From Phaeosaccion multiseriatum (taxonomy: Eukaryota > Protista > Ochrophyta, other classes), in NCBI GenBank assembly GCA_965112735.1, contig OZ218956.1:3844001-3908000 (forward strand): a stretch of DNA of 64,000 nucleotides, given 5' to 3'. Of the stretch, positions 13,115-35,643 are shown one piece after another. Below the pieces are notes generated by a model. That model did not search any database. It had not been told where the DNA came from and saw only the letters and a program-made list of their open reading frames with translations. The number at the start of each line of letters is the position of its first letter. The first letter of the stretch is position 1. The translations under genes were made by a program, and so were the position numbers.

Positions 13115-14602
13115 CCGGTGGAGGAGGAGGAGGCGAAGGAGGAGGCGAAGGGGGTGGAGGAGGAGGCGACGCTGCAGCAACATCACCAGCGGCAGCCGCA
13201 GCAAGGGCGACACCCACACGCACCGAAGGTGGAGGAGGAGGAGAGGCATGAGCTCTGTCACCATCGCCGCCAAAGGAGTGCATCTCACCCGCGCAGCCGC
13301 CAAGTCGAGCGCCCTCGCATGCGTCTTTGAGTGGGTCTCCGTGGGTACCCCAAGAAGGGCCATCAGAGACGGACCTGTCTTCAGCAATGTCCGCGGTGAC
13401 CCTGTCACCCCCCCCTCCCTCCACGCGAGACGGTGCCTCCACCCTCTCCCTCACTAGCCGCCGCCAGGACTTCCAGCACCAAAAGCAGCCCCAGTCAATC
13501 GTCGACTGTGCCGTCAGTTTCGCCGCAACAGCTGTGTCCATCAATGCAGGCAGTGAGAGGAGGAGGAGCATTGGCCCTCGACGGGGGGCAGCAGCACGAG
13601 TACCGAGCAAGGTGGGAGGGTCGCGACGTGAGCGTGGTCGCCGTGCCTCTCAAAGCCGAGCTCCGGTCGGAGGAGGCGCTGCTACGGCTCGGTCGCAACA
13701 AGCACTTGGTGTCGCTGCTGGGGAAGATGCACGTGCGACGAGATGACCGTTGCGAGGGGAGCGAGGTGAGCGAAGGAGTGTACTTAGTGCATGAGCCGGC
13801 GCCGCACGGTTCGCTCTTGGCGGTGCTGCAGGAGATGGAGGAGAGAGACGAATGCGCCGCAGACGAGGTGCTGCTGGAGGTGGCGCTGCAGGTGCGGAAG
13901 GGCATGGAGCACTTGGCCAATGAGGGGCTGGTGCACGGCAGTCTCGCTGCACGGAGTGTACTCGTGTACGGCTGGGACGCAAACGACCCTGCGAAGGTGC
14001 TCGTCAAGGTCACGGGCTACTTCGCTTCCTCCCTACCTCGGTACGTGCGCTGGCTGTCCAAGGAGGCCCTCCAAAGGGACAAGTTGAGCGAGAAGTCCGA
14101 TGTGTGGGCGTTTGGGGTGATGCTGTGGGAGTTGTGGACATACGGGCTAAAGCCATTCTTGACCATCCTGGACGACGAGGTGGTGGTCGCGCGGGTGTGT
14201 GCGCAAGGCCTCCGTCTCAAGAGGCCGGAGGGCTGCCCGGAGGCCGTTTACTGCCAAGTGATGCAGCGCTGCTGGGCAGACAAGGCCGAACACCGCCCCA
14301 CCTTCTCTGAGCTGCGCAAGACCTTGCTCGCCATGCCCGCCCTGGCCTTGGAGGCGCTCGGGGGAAGGGACGACGAGGGAGTGGAGGAGAGCAAGGGGTC
14401 GGAGCCGGCGCCGCAGCAGTCGGTGGTACAGGAGCAGCTAGGGGCGGCACTCGGGGAGGGCGAGGGGGAGCGCAAGGGGCCGGAGCCGGTGCGCCGTGGC
14501 AGTTGGTGATACACGAGTAGGACTGCGTCCTCTTTATGCTATGCAAAGGTGTATATTAGAGCTTATGGGGGGGATGCATCTCGAGCCAGCCAGTGTGCTG
14601 CC
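9953..14602 (+). repeat. Left arm of a ~4.7-4.9 kb inverted segmental duplication (partner 50144-55091)
   Basis: agtttgaggttcagctcgttagtcc at 9953 is the reverse complement of the sequence ending at 55091. Near-identity runs through the whole gene to gcatctcgagccagccagtg (~14576-14595), then becomes patchy to ~14670. Confidence 0.95.
10179..14509 (+). pseudogene. Ankyrin-repeat + tyrosine-kinase-like pseudokinase gene, disrupted copy (may still encode an ankyrin-only truncated protein)
   Basis: Exons 10179-10254, 10316-12481 and 12620-14509 have phase-compatible GT-AG introns. CGA>TGA nonsense at 13249-13251, and 8 C versus 7 C at ~13408-13415 relative to the intact copy. Confidence 0.75.
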
Positions 14603-14794
14603 GTTCACGAGAACCGTACCATACAATCATGGCCACAGGGCAGGTGCGCCACGTGCAGGGGGGTGGTGACCTCTGCTCGAGTCTTTATGCAGGGTGGGTA
14701 CGAGTGATTCATCATCAGCTTTCTCTACCTGCCACATATGAACACGGCTGACAGCGAAGGCTGCTTACTCACAGGCGCGGTGCTGATCACTGAC

Positions 14795-15075
14795 TCAGGA
14801 GGAGCCAAGAAAGACGCTTATCAACGAAGAGATCGCGCACCCCACCCCGAATGCTTCCAACAAGTCCGTGCCACCGTCTGTTGTCTGACGGAGCAGAGAT
14901 GCCTGCTGCTCCCACAACTCCCCCGTGCCGACGCCTTCCCTTGTGGTTGTCAATCATACTATTAACCGTCTTGCACCGCTCTCTAGCTACCGCGGACCCT
15001 ATGGAGCTGCTCTTCCTGGACGGTCCTACGGAGTTGTGGGAAGCGCGGCGATTTGGTGCGGACAAGGGTGGTTAA
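14795..15075 (+). pseudogene. Diverged stub (upstream region + exon 1) of a further tandem copy of the ankyrin-pseudokinase gene
   Basis: 14800-14910 aligns with 9980-10095. ATG at 15001 gives MELLFLDGPTELWE, versus MELLPLGGSTESWE at 10179. No ankyrin exon follows. Confidence 0.75.
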
Positions 15076-15404
15076 AGCGAAGTGCCGACATCCCCCCTGA
15101 TCCGCACCACATGTTCCTCATGAGTGGGTGTGGGAGGGGAGGCTACATACTGCCCGAGCCTCCTCCTTCTCCTCCTCCTTTGCCGTGTAGCGTAGCGTAG
15201 CTGGGATAGATGCGCCATGCCCCTTGCTCCTTGACAGACGCCCTGCTACTTTTCTCGTGGCCGCAGAGCTCCACCACCCCCCCCAAGGGCCCCACCCCAA
15301 AGCCAAAGTGGGGGGGGCTGTGCTTGCTGTGCTTTGCCCACCTCACATCTCAGGCTGCACACTTCAATCTGCAGCCCCCCTCCCCCCTCAGGGAAGAAGC
15401 GAGA

Positions 15405-15477
15405 GAGATGGAGTAAGTACCCCTCGAGATGGAGTAAGTACCCCTCGAGATGGAGTAAGTACCCCTCGTACCCCTCG
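15405..15477. repeat. Tandem repeat of a 21-bp unit GAGATGGAGTAAGTACCCCTC x3 plus partial
   Basis: Direct reading. Confidence 0.9.
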
Positions 15478-16162
15478 CTGCTCTCCATCGTGCCCGACAG
15501 TCCCAGGCCTTGAGCAGCACCGGCGAGGCGAGTCAGAGGTGACGTCAGAGGTGACGTGGTACACACAGCACTCTCTTCCTCTTGTTGCCCTCCGTTTGCT
15601 CCTCTGTTTTCCCTCTGCTTGCTCCTCTGTTTTCCCTCTGCTTGCTCCTCTGTTCTTCAACGCTCACCTCCGAGGTGTTGCAGCAGAACCGCCACGGCTC
15701 TCTGACTGACGGTAGTGCTCTCTCTCTCACTCTCTATCACTCTCACTCTTGCACCTCCCACCCCTCTCGCTACCATCCCCCGCACCAGGGCAGTCCCCCC
15801 CACCTCAACAGAGCCGAGGATGTGCACAAGGAACAGGCACTCCATTCACAGCAAATCTCACTCCGCTGCTTCTGGTTGCTGCTGCTGCTATTGCTGCTGC
15901 TGCTTCTCTCTCCCTCTCTCTGCTGCTACGCTATCTCTCCTGGCGTTGTCGCATTTTCTTGTTGTACCTGCTGCTGTTGCTGCTTGGCCCTTTAGCGCCG
16001 ACGCCCAATTGTTGATGCCTACTTCGGCTCTGTGACGCACAACTTTCATCGTTGAGCCCCCTGGTCGCATTCGCTTCTGACCGCTGGCTGACGGGTTGGC
16101 GGTGCCGGCTCCGACTACGCATGCTTGACTTGCCCGAGGCTTTAACTGTAACTTCGTAAGCA

Positions 16163-17895
16163 TCACCTGCCCGCACCGTGACTGCTGCACAGATGCTTGG
16201 CCACCGCCACTCCCTTGGCCCCCACACTGAGCACCCCCAGAGCCTTGAGAGTCCTCAGCACTGCATCTCCGGTGTGGCCCGTGACTCTGCACCCCGCCTC
16301 GGCGAGCTCGTGCTTGCTCACTACCTGGGGCTTACTGTCCTGCTGCCCGTGCTGCTGGCGATCGACGGGGGGGGGGACAGAGCGCAGGCACGTCACGGCA
16401 CGTCCAGGTGGAGAGGCGGAGGATGGCAGTGGATGGAGCACAACATGGGGCATGTGCGGCGTATGAGGAGGGAGCCCTTCGCCTGCCCTTCGCCTGCCCT
16501 GGCGTGTGCCATCTGAAGTGTGCCTCTCAAGCCCGACTAAAAAGAAAGCTCCTCAAATGCCCCCCCCCCCGCGCCTGCCCCCAGCCCCCCAGCAAGGCAG
16601 CAGGGAGCAAGAGGCCTACCTACCCTTGTCCCTCTCCCTTTGCTCCCTCCCTCCCAGCGCCCCCTGTGCGCATATGAGAGCACCTCCGGCCCTGCCTGCC
16701 TTCCTGCTCGCCTGCCCCCCCCGTCAGTGTTCCCAAGCACCACCCCACCCACCTGCTGCTGCGTGGCGGCCATGTAGCGCCACACTTTCTGTGCGTCTTG
16801 CAGCCTGGCCTTCCCCCTCGTGGAGGCTGGCAGCTGAGCGAAGGCCGCCGCGTCTCTGCACAAACAAGACACAATGGGGCAACAAGGCAGCAATAGGGAT
16901 ACTTCACATCAGTATGTGTGCAGGCACTGCTCAGAGAAGAGAAGAGAGGAGAGGAGAGGCGGAGAGCACCTACACATGCCCCACCCCTTGAGGAAGCCAG
17001 CAAAGTGCCCCACCCACATGTGCATCGGCAGCCCAGCTTGGTGTGCGCTGCCGGTAGCAGAGTCGTCGTCTTGGCCAGCACCTCGCCCCCCTGCTTCAGT
17101 ATCACCAAGTGCTGCTGCTGCCATGGCCGCTGCGCTGCCCGAGTCTGGTACCTCGCTGTCGACCAGCAGCTGGGAGACAGACTTTGCCGTGGCCACCCAC
17201 TCTGTGTCTGCAGCGGTCATTGACAAAAGAAAGGACCGTGGGGAACAAGGGCATAAGGAGAGACTATCTCATCGAGCACTTCCACTTCGGAGATGGACCA
17301 CGAGCCAGGCAGAAAGAACCCCGATCCCATCATAAATGCCTCCTTCCACCCCTGGCTCAGCGCCTGTCCACGGGTGCGCACCTGGCTCTGTGCCAATCCG
17401 CCGGTACACAGAGAGAAGCCCCTTGTAGTTGGCCAGCAGCCCCTCGGCGAGCTGAGCCTTGGCGTCCTCCTTCTCGGCGCTGAGCCTGAGAAAGGCCTGG
17501 TGCAGCTCGGGCACCGCCTTCTGCAGCGAGCGGATCTGCGCAACCATCTTGTACACGTCGGGCACGTCTTTGGATCTGCAAGGGGTGAGAGGGGAGGAGG
17601 AGAGGAGGGGAAATGATAGGCTAAGACTCAGCAGAGAGAGGAGCCCACCTTGCTGGGAAAGTCCCCGCCCTCTTTGCGAGCTTTGCAGCGTTCCCAACCT
17701 CCCCGTGCCACCTGGGTGTGTGTTGACCCCCGCTCCCCCTCCAAAGATCTGCACCCCTCTCTGACACCCCCCTTATTCCTCAGCTGACCTCAGTGCGGCG
17801 CTTCCCAAGCGGGTTTCTAGCTGGTGTGCCGCGAACTGCAGATCATTAGATATGCGCTTGAAGCTCAGGTCGAGATCTGTGAAGAGGGCCTCCAT
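16163..17895 (-). CDS. Putative SKA2-like spindle/kinetochore protein with C-terminal winged-helix-like extension
   Basis: Exons 17895-17789 (MEALFTDLDLSFKRISNDLQFAAHQLETRL), 17575-17382 (SKDVPDVYKMVAQIRSLQKAVPELHQAFLRLSAEKEDAKAQL) and 17207-... are phase-compatible. Later exons ~16860-16753 (AFAQLPASTRGKARLQDAQKVW) and ~16360-16163 (LAEAGCRVTGHTGDAVLRTLKALG). The N-terminus resembles the Ska2 pattern L..F.K...DL.Y....LE (from recall). Confidence 0.55.
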
Positions 17896-18286
17896 TATGC
17901 TTGCCAAGGCTGAGAATCAATGCCGTAGCATGCAGATTTGAAGGTCAGTGTGGTTTTGAGCCGCTGCTTTGGACTGCTGCTATGGCCAAACGCCAAACGG
18001 GAAAGCCACATTGGTGTTGCCATTTGTTGGGTGGGGGTGAATCAACATACGTAGATGGCACTTTGTGTTCAATTTTATTTCCCCCCCCCCCGTTTTTTTC
18101 GAGAAGTACTTGTACTACTTTCTAAATTGCGAAAATGTTTTGGTGTAGTTAGTGTACAGATTGTGAATCTGGGCACGCGGTAGCAAAGCCCAAGCCGAAA
18201 GCCTCACGCTCACCTCGACAAGAGTGCTCTCGTTCTTGAGGTCAACTGCCATTAGTTGTCATCCTCGGCATAGGCCTCTCAGCCTC

Positions 18287-29909
<11,623 letters not shown>

Positions 29910-30156
29910 AGCTGGAGACTCACACACGACTGTCCAAAAGAGAGGAGGTGCCCAATTTCTGTAACGCCGCGTAAGTCAGGGAAAAACGAGGCGGAGGGTC
30001 CTTTTTGTGGTGAAGAAATCACCAACGACAGAGAGTGAGAGCCCGTGTTTGACTGAATTGTAGCGGGGTGGGCAAGGGGTCATGCGAGCGACTAGCTGGG
30101 GAGCTTGAGAGAGACAGAAACTTGATACTGATACAAAGAAAGGTCCTACCTGAGCA

Positions 30157-31404
30157 ATGACCCCGTCAAATCCGGTGGTAGCGTCTTCCCCACGGGCCTT
30201 AATCGACTTCGAGAAGAGCCAGGAGCTCAAAGCGCAGAAGGAAGCCCTCTCTGCGAAACAAGAGGTCATAGACCGAGAGAATGAGGTGAGTAGCGAGCTT
30301 CGAGTAGTATCAACACAATGGAAGGTATTCTGGAGGCTCTGGAAGGGAAAAAAACAAACAAACAAACAAAACAAAAAATGGATTGACCGAGAGGCTCTCG
30401 CCCTTGCTTGGATTCCTAGGCGTTTGCCAAGGCCGAGAGAGGCAGAGAAATCCTGGCTAAAGCCGAGGCTGATCGAGCGGCTGCAAAGGAGAAGGCGGAG
30501 GCGGAGAAAGAGGAGCAGCGAAAGCGACAGCTCGAAGAACAACAGAGCAATTTGACGAAGTTCGAAGCTGCCAAAGCGGAGGCGGAGACGCGGCGAATGG
30601 ACGAGCGACGCAAGAGTGAGCAGGAGCAGGAGCAGCTGGCCTTCGCTAAGCAGGAACAAGCCAAAGCCGTTATGGCGGAGGCGGAGAAAGTCAGGTTGAA
30701 GGAGGTAAGGAGAGAGGGGGGGGGTATTGATGGAGGGGTGGTCTCCGTCTACTGCTCCTTCTCTCTCTCCTAGCCCTAACCTTTATGCCGCCTGTGCCCG
30801 ACCCGAACAACGCACGCAGGAGGAGGAGGCTCGTCTGCAGGAGGAGAAGGAGAGAGAGGCGCAGCTCAAGAAGCAGGTGCGGATTGATTGGAGGTGGGGT
30901 GGGGTGGATCAGCTCCTCTGCGCACCCTCTGCAGCTCTGCAGCTCGAGGCATAAGGCTCAGCAATAGCCTCTGTAGGCTCTCTGTGTGTGTAGGCCCTGC
31001 AGCAACGCCGCACATGTGTCTGCCGTCCTCCAAAGCTCGAGGAACTTTTCCTCCCCCGCCTTTGGCGAGCACCGCCCTTGCCCTAAGCAGCAATGCCCCT
31101 CCACTGCCATCCCCCCTCTGTGTGTGCCCAGGGAGAGGCTATGGCCCGCTTCGAGGAGCAGCAGATGCTCAAGCGCCTCAGCCCCGAGGAGAGGGAGGCC
31201 TACCTCAAGGAGAAGGCTCGCAAGGAGGAGGCAGAGCGCTTGAAAGAAGAGGCAGAGGCAAAGCGCATCAAGGAGGAGGAGGAGGCCCTGCAGAGAGCCA
31301 GGCAGGCCGAGGAGAGCGCCAGGGAGGGCAAGGGGGTGAGAGGGGCGGAGGCGGTGGACAGCAAGGGCAGAGGGGCAGGGTGCCTCAACTGCGTCGTCAT
31401 GTAG
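30157..31404 (+). CDS. Hypothetical E/R/K/A-rich coiled-coil protein ending in a CaaX box (GCLNCVVM*)
   Basis: Approximate exons 30157-30285, 30420-30704, 30820-30876 and 31132-31404 with GT-AG boundaries and continuous charged-helix composition. Confidence 0.7.
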
Positions 31405-31545
31405 GCCATTCGGCTGCGTAGGTTGTGTAGGCTGCTGTATCACCAACTGGTGAAGACCATTCGGCTGTGTAGGCTGTGTAGGCTGCTGTGTCACTATCTG
31501 GTGTAGGTTGCGCGGCGTGTGGGCTGGCAGGGTCGGTCGGGGGAT

Positions 31546-31550
31546 ATGTG

Positions 31551-31625
<75 letters not shown>
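31546..31625. repeat. (TG)n microsatellite
   Basis: Direct reading. Confidence 0.95.
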
Positions 31626-31626
<1 letters not shown>

Positions 31627-32624
31627 CGCTCGGTTAGCTCAGAGCAGAGAAGGGAGACGGGCGCACTGTGTTGGCTCAGAGCGCCCTGTCTTATCCTGTC
31701 TCTAGCGAATGTTCACCACACGATGTATTATGTCAATGGATTTGATCAGAAGCTGTTGTCGCGAAAAGGGGTGGTGAATCGAACAGAGCAGCAAAGTTGA
31801 ACAGCTTCGAAACGAAGCGAGACAGATGCCGTAGTTCGTACCCCCCCCCCCACCTCCCCCTCTACGGTCTCCCTCCAGAAGCGGTGCCGTCTCGAACGCC
31901 GTGCCCAGAGAGTCGCAGTGTGGCTCCTCTCGTGCGTCTACTCCACACGAGGGGAGTGCATCTAGAACCTCCCGCCCTCCTTCCCTCCGGAGCAGGACCT
32001 CCCTGCTTCCTTCAAGGCCCTTCCGGTGCGGTGTGGCGTGGAGCGGACCATGAGTAAAGGAGTCGGCTGCTGTCCCCCCTGGGTCCTCTCTCTCTCTTCC
32101 CACTGCTGCCGTCGGAGTGGGTTGGCAAAGGGGCCTGCGAGATGGCAACAGACGAAAAAAATGCTGCCTCTCCTCGGGCCCACCTGCCCACTCACGAATG
32201 AGCTTTACATTCCCGAGGCGATGCTCTCCCCTCTGCCGTCGCTCGGCAGGCACGGAAGAGGAAAGCGTAGCGATCAGTCTCCAGCTCACGCACGGCCGAG
32301 CGTCAGGCGGGGGGGGCGGCGGTATGAAGTAGTGGGGCTGCTCTTACTGGCGGAGATGAGCATGTCGATCATAGGCTCCTGAGGTCGAGGAGGCGATCAT
32401 CAATGTCCATAACCGCTCCAGCAGGAGTGCTCTTCAATGCAGCCGCCCTCCCAGGCCACGGCAGCGCTCGCCCCTCACGGCAGTCAGCGCCCTTCAAACA
32501 TTCGTTTCTTGCCATGTGACACAAGAAAGGGCCCTGCCGGAGCGAAGGGAGGACCTCTATCTAAGGCGGTTGGTTATTCAAAACCATTTGGCGTGCGTGA
32601 CCCGCACCCCATTGCCTCCCTCCC

Positions 32625-33821
32625 TCAATTCGACACCCCCCCGTCCCCGGCGCCGCTCACTTGCTGCAGCCAGAGCTCGAGCAGTTCCTTGGACACGCCG
32701 CTCCCCCCGCACACCACGATCACCACCCCGTCGCTGTCTTTGAAGCGCTCCAAGCAGCCCCTCCGAGCGGCGCTGTAGGCCACAGCCAAGGCGGCCCCGC
32801 AAGCAGGCTCCACAAGGATGCGGTGTTGCTCCAAGAAGGCAGCGCACGCCAAGACGGCCTCCCGGTCCGTCACGGTCACGCTCTCGGTGGGCTGCTGCTG
32901 GGCCCGCTCAATGGCCACGGGCGTGACCTCTAGCGCCCCCAGGCTAGTGGCCAGAGAGTCGATGCTCTTTAAGCGGACAGGAGAGGCCGCCTCGAGCCCC
33001 CTTGCGAAGCTTGCAGCGCCTTCAGTCTCCGCCGCGATGACGAAGGTGGTTGCGGTGGTGCTCTGGTGGCGACTCAGCCCCTCGAAGAGCCCGCACAGCA
33101 ACCCACCCCCGCCCACGCTCGCGATGACGGCTCCTGGCGTGAAGGCCGCCCCCTTGCCTGGCCTGCCCAGCCCCATGTCCTGCCCCTGGCGCAGTATCTC
33201 GTCCACCATACTGGAGTGCCCCTCCCACAGCAGGGGGTTGTCGTAGGGCGAGATGTAGGCAGCCGCGAGAGGATCGGCCTCCACCAGCTCCCGAGCGAGT
33301 GCGTCCGCCGCATTCCAGTTCTCGCCGTGCACCCTGACTTCCGCCCCCTGTGCGCGGATGAGGTCTAGCATGATGGGCTTGGTGGTCACGGGCACCACCA
33401 CCAGCACGCTCAGGTCGAGAAGCCTGCCCACGTGGGAGACGCTGTGCCCTGCATTGCCCCCGGAAGAGGAGATCAGACGCGTCACGCCCCGCTCCTTGAG
33501 GCTGCAGCACAGCCGAGTCATGCCCCTGTCTTTGAAGGACCCAGAGGGCTGCAGCGCCTCCAGCTTGAGGTACACACGGCACCCAGTGAGCTCACTGAGA
33601 GGTCGGGACAGCAGTAGGGGCGTCTCCACGTACAGGCCCTCTCCCCCTTCCCCTCGAGGTGGATGGGATGGGGGGGCATGGCCTGTATCCTTTGCACCTG
33701 CTGGTGCGGCGCGCATTGCCGAGCCTCCTGCTGCTGCCAGGACTGATGCCTTCCCTACCCCAACGAAGCACTCCACTCCAGCTGCGAGGAAGAGGAGGGT
33801 AGAAAGCAGCAGTGCTCGCAT
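32625..33821 (-). CDS. PLP-dependent L-serine/threonine dehydratase (SDS/CHA1 family) with predicted bipartite leader
   Basis: ETPLLLS..VYLKLEALQPSGSFKDRG; SSSGGNAG; PYDNPLLWEGHSS; SVGGGGLLCG; SLATSLGA; ILVEPACGAALA; VVCGGS. Leader MRALLLSTLLFLAAGVEC-FVG from ATG 33821. The last codons may be spliced at ~32660. Confidence 0.92.
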   Translation of the reverse strand: MRALLLSTLLFLAAGVECFVGVGKASVLAAAGGSAMRAAPAGAKDTGHAPPSHPPRGEGGEGLYVETPLLLSRPLSELTGCRVYLKLEALQPSGSFKDRGMTRLCCSLKERGVTRLISSSGGNAGHSVSHVGRLLDLSVLVVVPVTTKPIMLDLIRAQGAEVRVHGENWNAADALARELVEADPLAAAYISPYDNPLLWEGHSSMVDEILRQGQDMGLGRPGKGAAFTPGAVIASVGGGGLLCGLFEGLSRHQSTTATTFVIAAETEGAASFARGLEAASPVRLKSIDSLATSLGALEVTPVAIERAQQQPTESVTVTDREAVLACAAFLEQHRILVEPACGAALAVAYSAARRGCLERFKDSDGVVIVVCGGSGVSKELLELWLQQVSGAGDGGVSN

Positions 33822-34098
33822 ACCCTGCGGCAGGTTTTGATGTTTGTTGTTTGTTGTTTGTTTCGAAGAGGAGGTCGTCGCCATTTCAGGCCTGGATTCG
33901 ACCGCGCGAAGAGGAGGACAAAACCAAAGCCAACAATTAAAGGCGACAAAGATTACACATCAGCCTCCCAGTTCTCCTCAGCGCTTCCGAATGTACCAAG
34001 TGTAGCAGTGGGCCACCCCCCCCCCCTCTCCCAGCTTCCCAAGAGAATCTTTGGGGAAACAAGGGCTTCTGCTTCTGCTTCTGCCAGAGAGATATCCC

Positions 34099-35429
34099 AT
34101 GTCGGCTCTCGCGCAAATTGACGCACTCATTCTTGACTTGGAAGCAGAGCTAGGCCTTGCGCATGGCGAACATGTCCCGGGAGCAGCTTCACCAGCCGCA
34201 AGCAAGGGGGAGAAGAAGAACAAGAAGGAGAAGGCGAAGAAGGCCGCACCAAAAGCAGTAGCGCCCATGGAGGAGGAGGACAAGACCAGTCCAAACCAAC
34301 TCGAGTTCCGCGTGGGACTCATAACGAAGGTTTGGGAGCACCCTGACTCTGAGAAGCTGTTCTGTGAGGAGATCGACATCGGAGAGGCTAAGGGGCCCAG
34401 ATCCATTGCCTCCGGGCTGCGCGCCTTCTACAAGCTTGAGCAATTGCAGGTACACCTTCTATTGGCTCTTGCTCTCTTATCGGGGATCATGCCAGTAGTT
34501 CGCTGTAACCACGTGCTAGGGATCAACAGAGAACGAAGATGCTCGGGCACAGAGGACTCTGGGCCGTGCTTCATTCCCCCCTTCCCCTGCCTCGTGCATG
34601 TGTGTGCGTGTGTGTGTGTGCATGTGTGTGTGTGCGTGTGTGTACGTGTGTGTTGACACCTTGAGCAGGATCGTCTCGTGGTCGTGATGGCGAACCTCAA
34701 AGGCCGGAACTTGGGAGGTAAGCGAGGTTCACAGGAGGCGACCTGAAAGGACTCTCGCTTCGCACATGCGTACCACACGCCAAGCCACCCCTCCTCTCCT
34801 GCCCACCCCCGCCCCTGTCCCTCTCACCCCTGTCTCTCTTGGCTCCTATCCCCCGCGTGGACTGACTAACCTCACTCCCCTCCCCCTTGCAGGCTTTAAG
34901 AGCGAGGGCATGGTGGTGTGTGCGTCTGCCCCCGACCACAGCAGTGTGGAGCTTCTCTCCCCTCCCGAGGGCTCCAAGCCAGGAGACCTCCTCACATTCG
35001 CTGGCATACCCGGGAAGGCCATCAGCCCGGCGCAGGTACGATGACATAGCGGCGCGGAAATGGCCCCGTCCGCGTGGCGATGGAAGAGTCAGTCCGTGAG
35101 GGAAAGCGCATGGGAAGAGAGAGAGACGAGAGAGACGGACAGAGTGGCCATTCCTTCGTTTTGATGACCAGAGGCCCTGCCCTGCCTGCCCTGCCTGCTC
35201 TGCTTTGACCCCCGCTGCTCACTGTCACGCATCCCCACAGGTTCAAAAGCGGAAGCTCTTAGAGACAATCCTGCCCCGCCTCCGCACCAACGCCAGCGGG
35301 GTGCCGTGCTGCGACGGTAGCGACGGACAGGCACTGGGCCTGGCCACCCCCGCTGGAGAGGGAGGAGGAGAAGGGCAGAGCAGCGGGGGCAGCTGTGGCA
35401 GCTCCTTGCCGAACGCCTTGGTGGGGTGA
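34099..35429 (+). CDS. tRNA-binding OB-fold protein (Arc1p/AIMP1/EMAPII-like)
   Basis: LEFRVGLITKVWEHPDSEKLFCEEIDIGE..RSIASGL; VVVMANLKGRNL|GFKSEGMVVCAS..VELLSPPEGSKPGD. Approximate exons 34099-34449, 34669-34717, 34893-35035, 35241-35429. Confidence 0.88.
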
Positions 35430-35643
35430 GGCGGCGGCGCTTCTCTGACATACTTCATAAATAATCCATTGACTGATATGATGATGATGATGATGATGGT
35501 GGTGATGGTGTATCGTCTAGGCATAGTCATTTAACTGTCTCGGTTAGGGCCTTCCCGCCCCCTTGCGGTCGATCTACGTATTGCAAACAAACCGAAACTG
35601 AACAACCTATCCGCTCTATCTATCAGGAGAGTGCTGTGCGCTG

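Noticed and set aside
15405-15477. 21-bp direct repeats as a CRISPR array
   Set aside because: The units abut with no spacers, there are no cas genes, and the context is eukaryotic
31691-31780. TTCACCAC...GTGGTGAA stem as a structured ncRNA
   Set aside because: Only an 8-bp stem, with no recognisable RNA-family motif
31702-32500. ORFs between the CaaX gene and the dehydratase as a gene
   Set aside because: No recognisable domain or consistent exon chain; left unannotated
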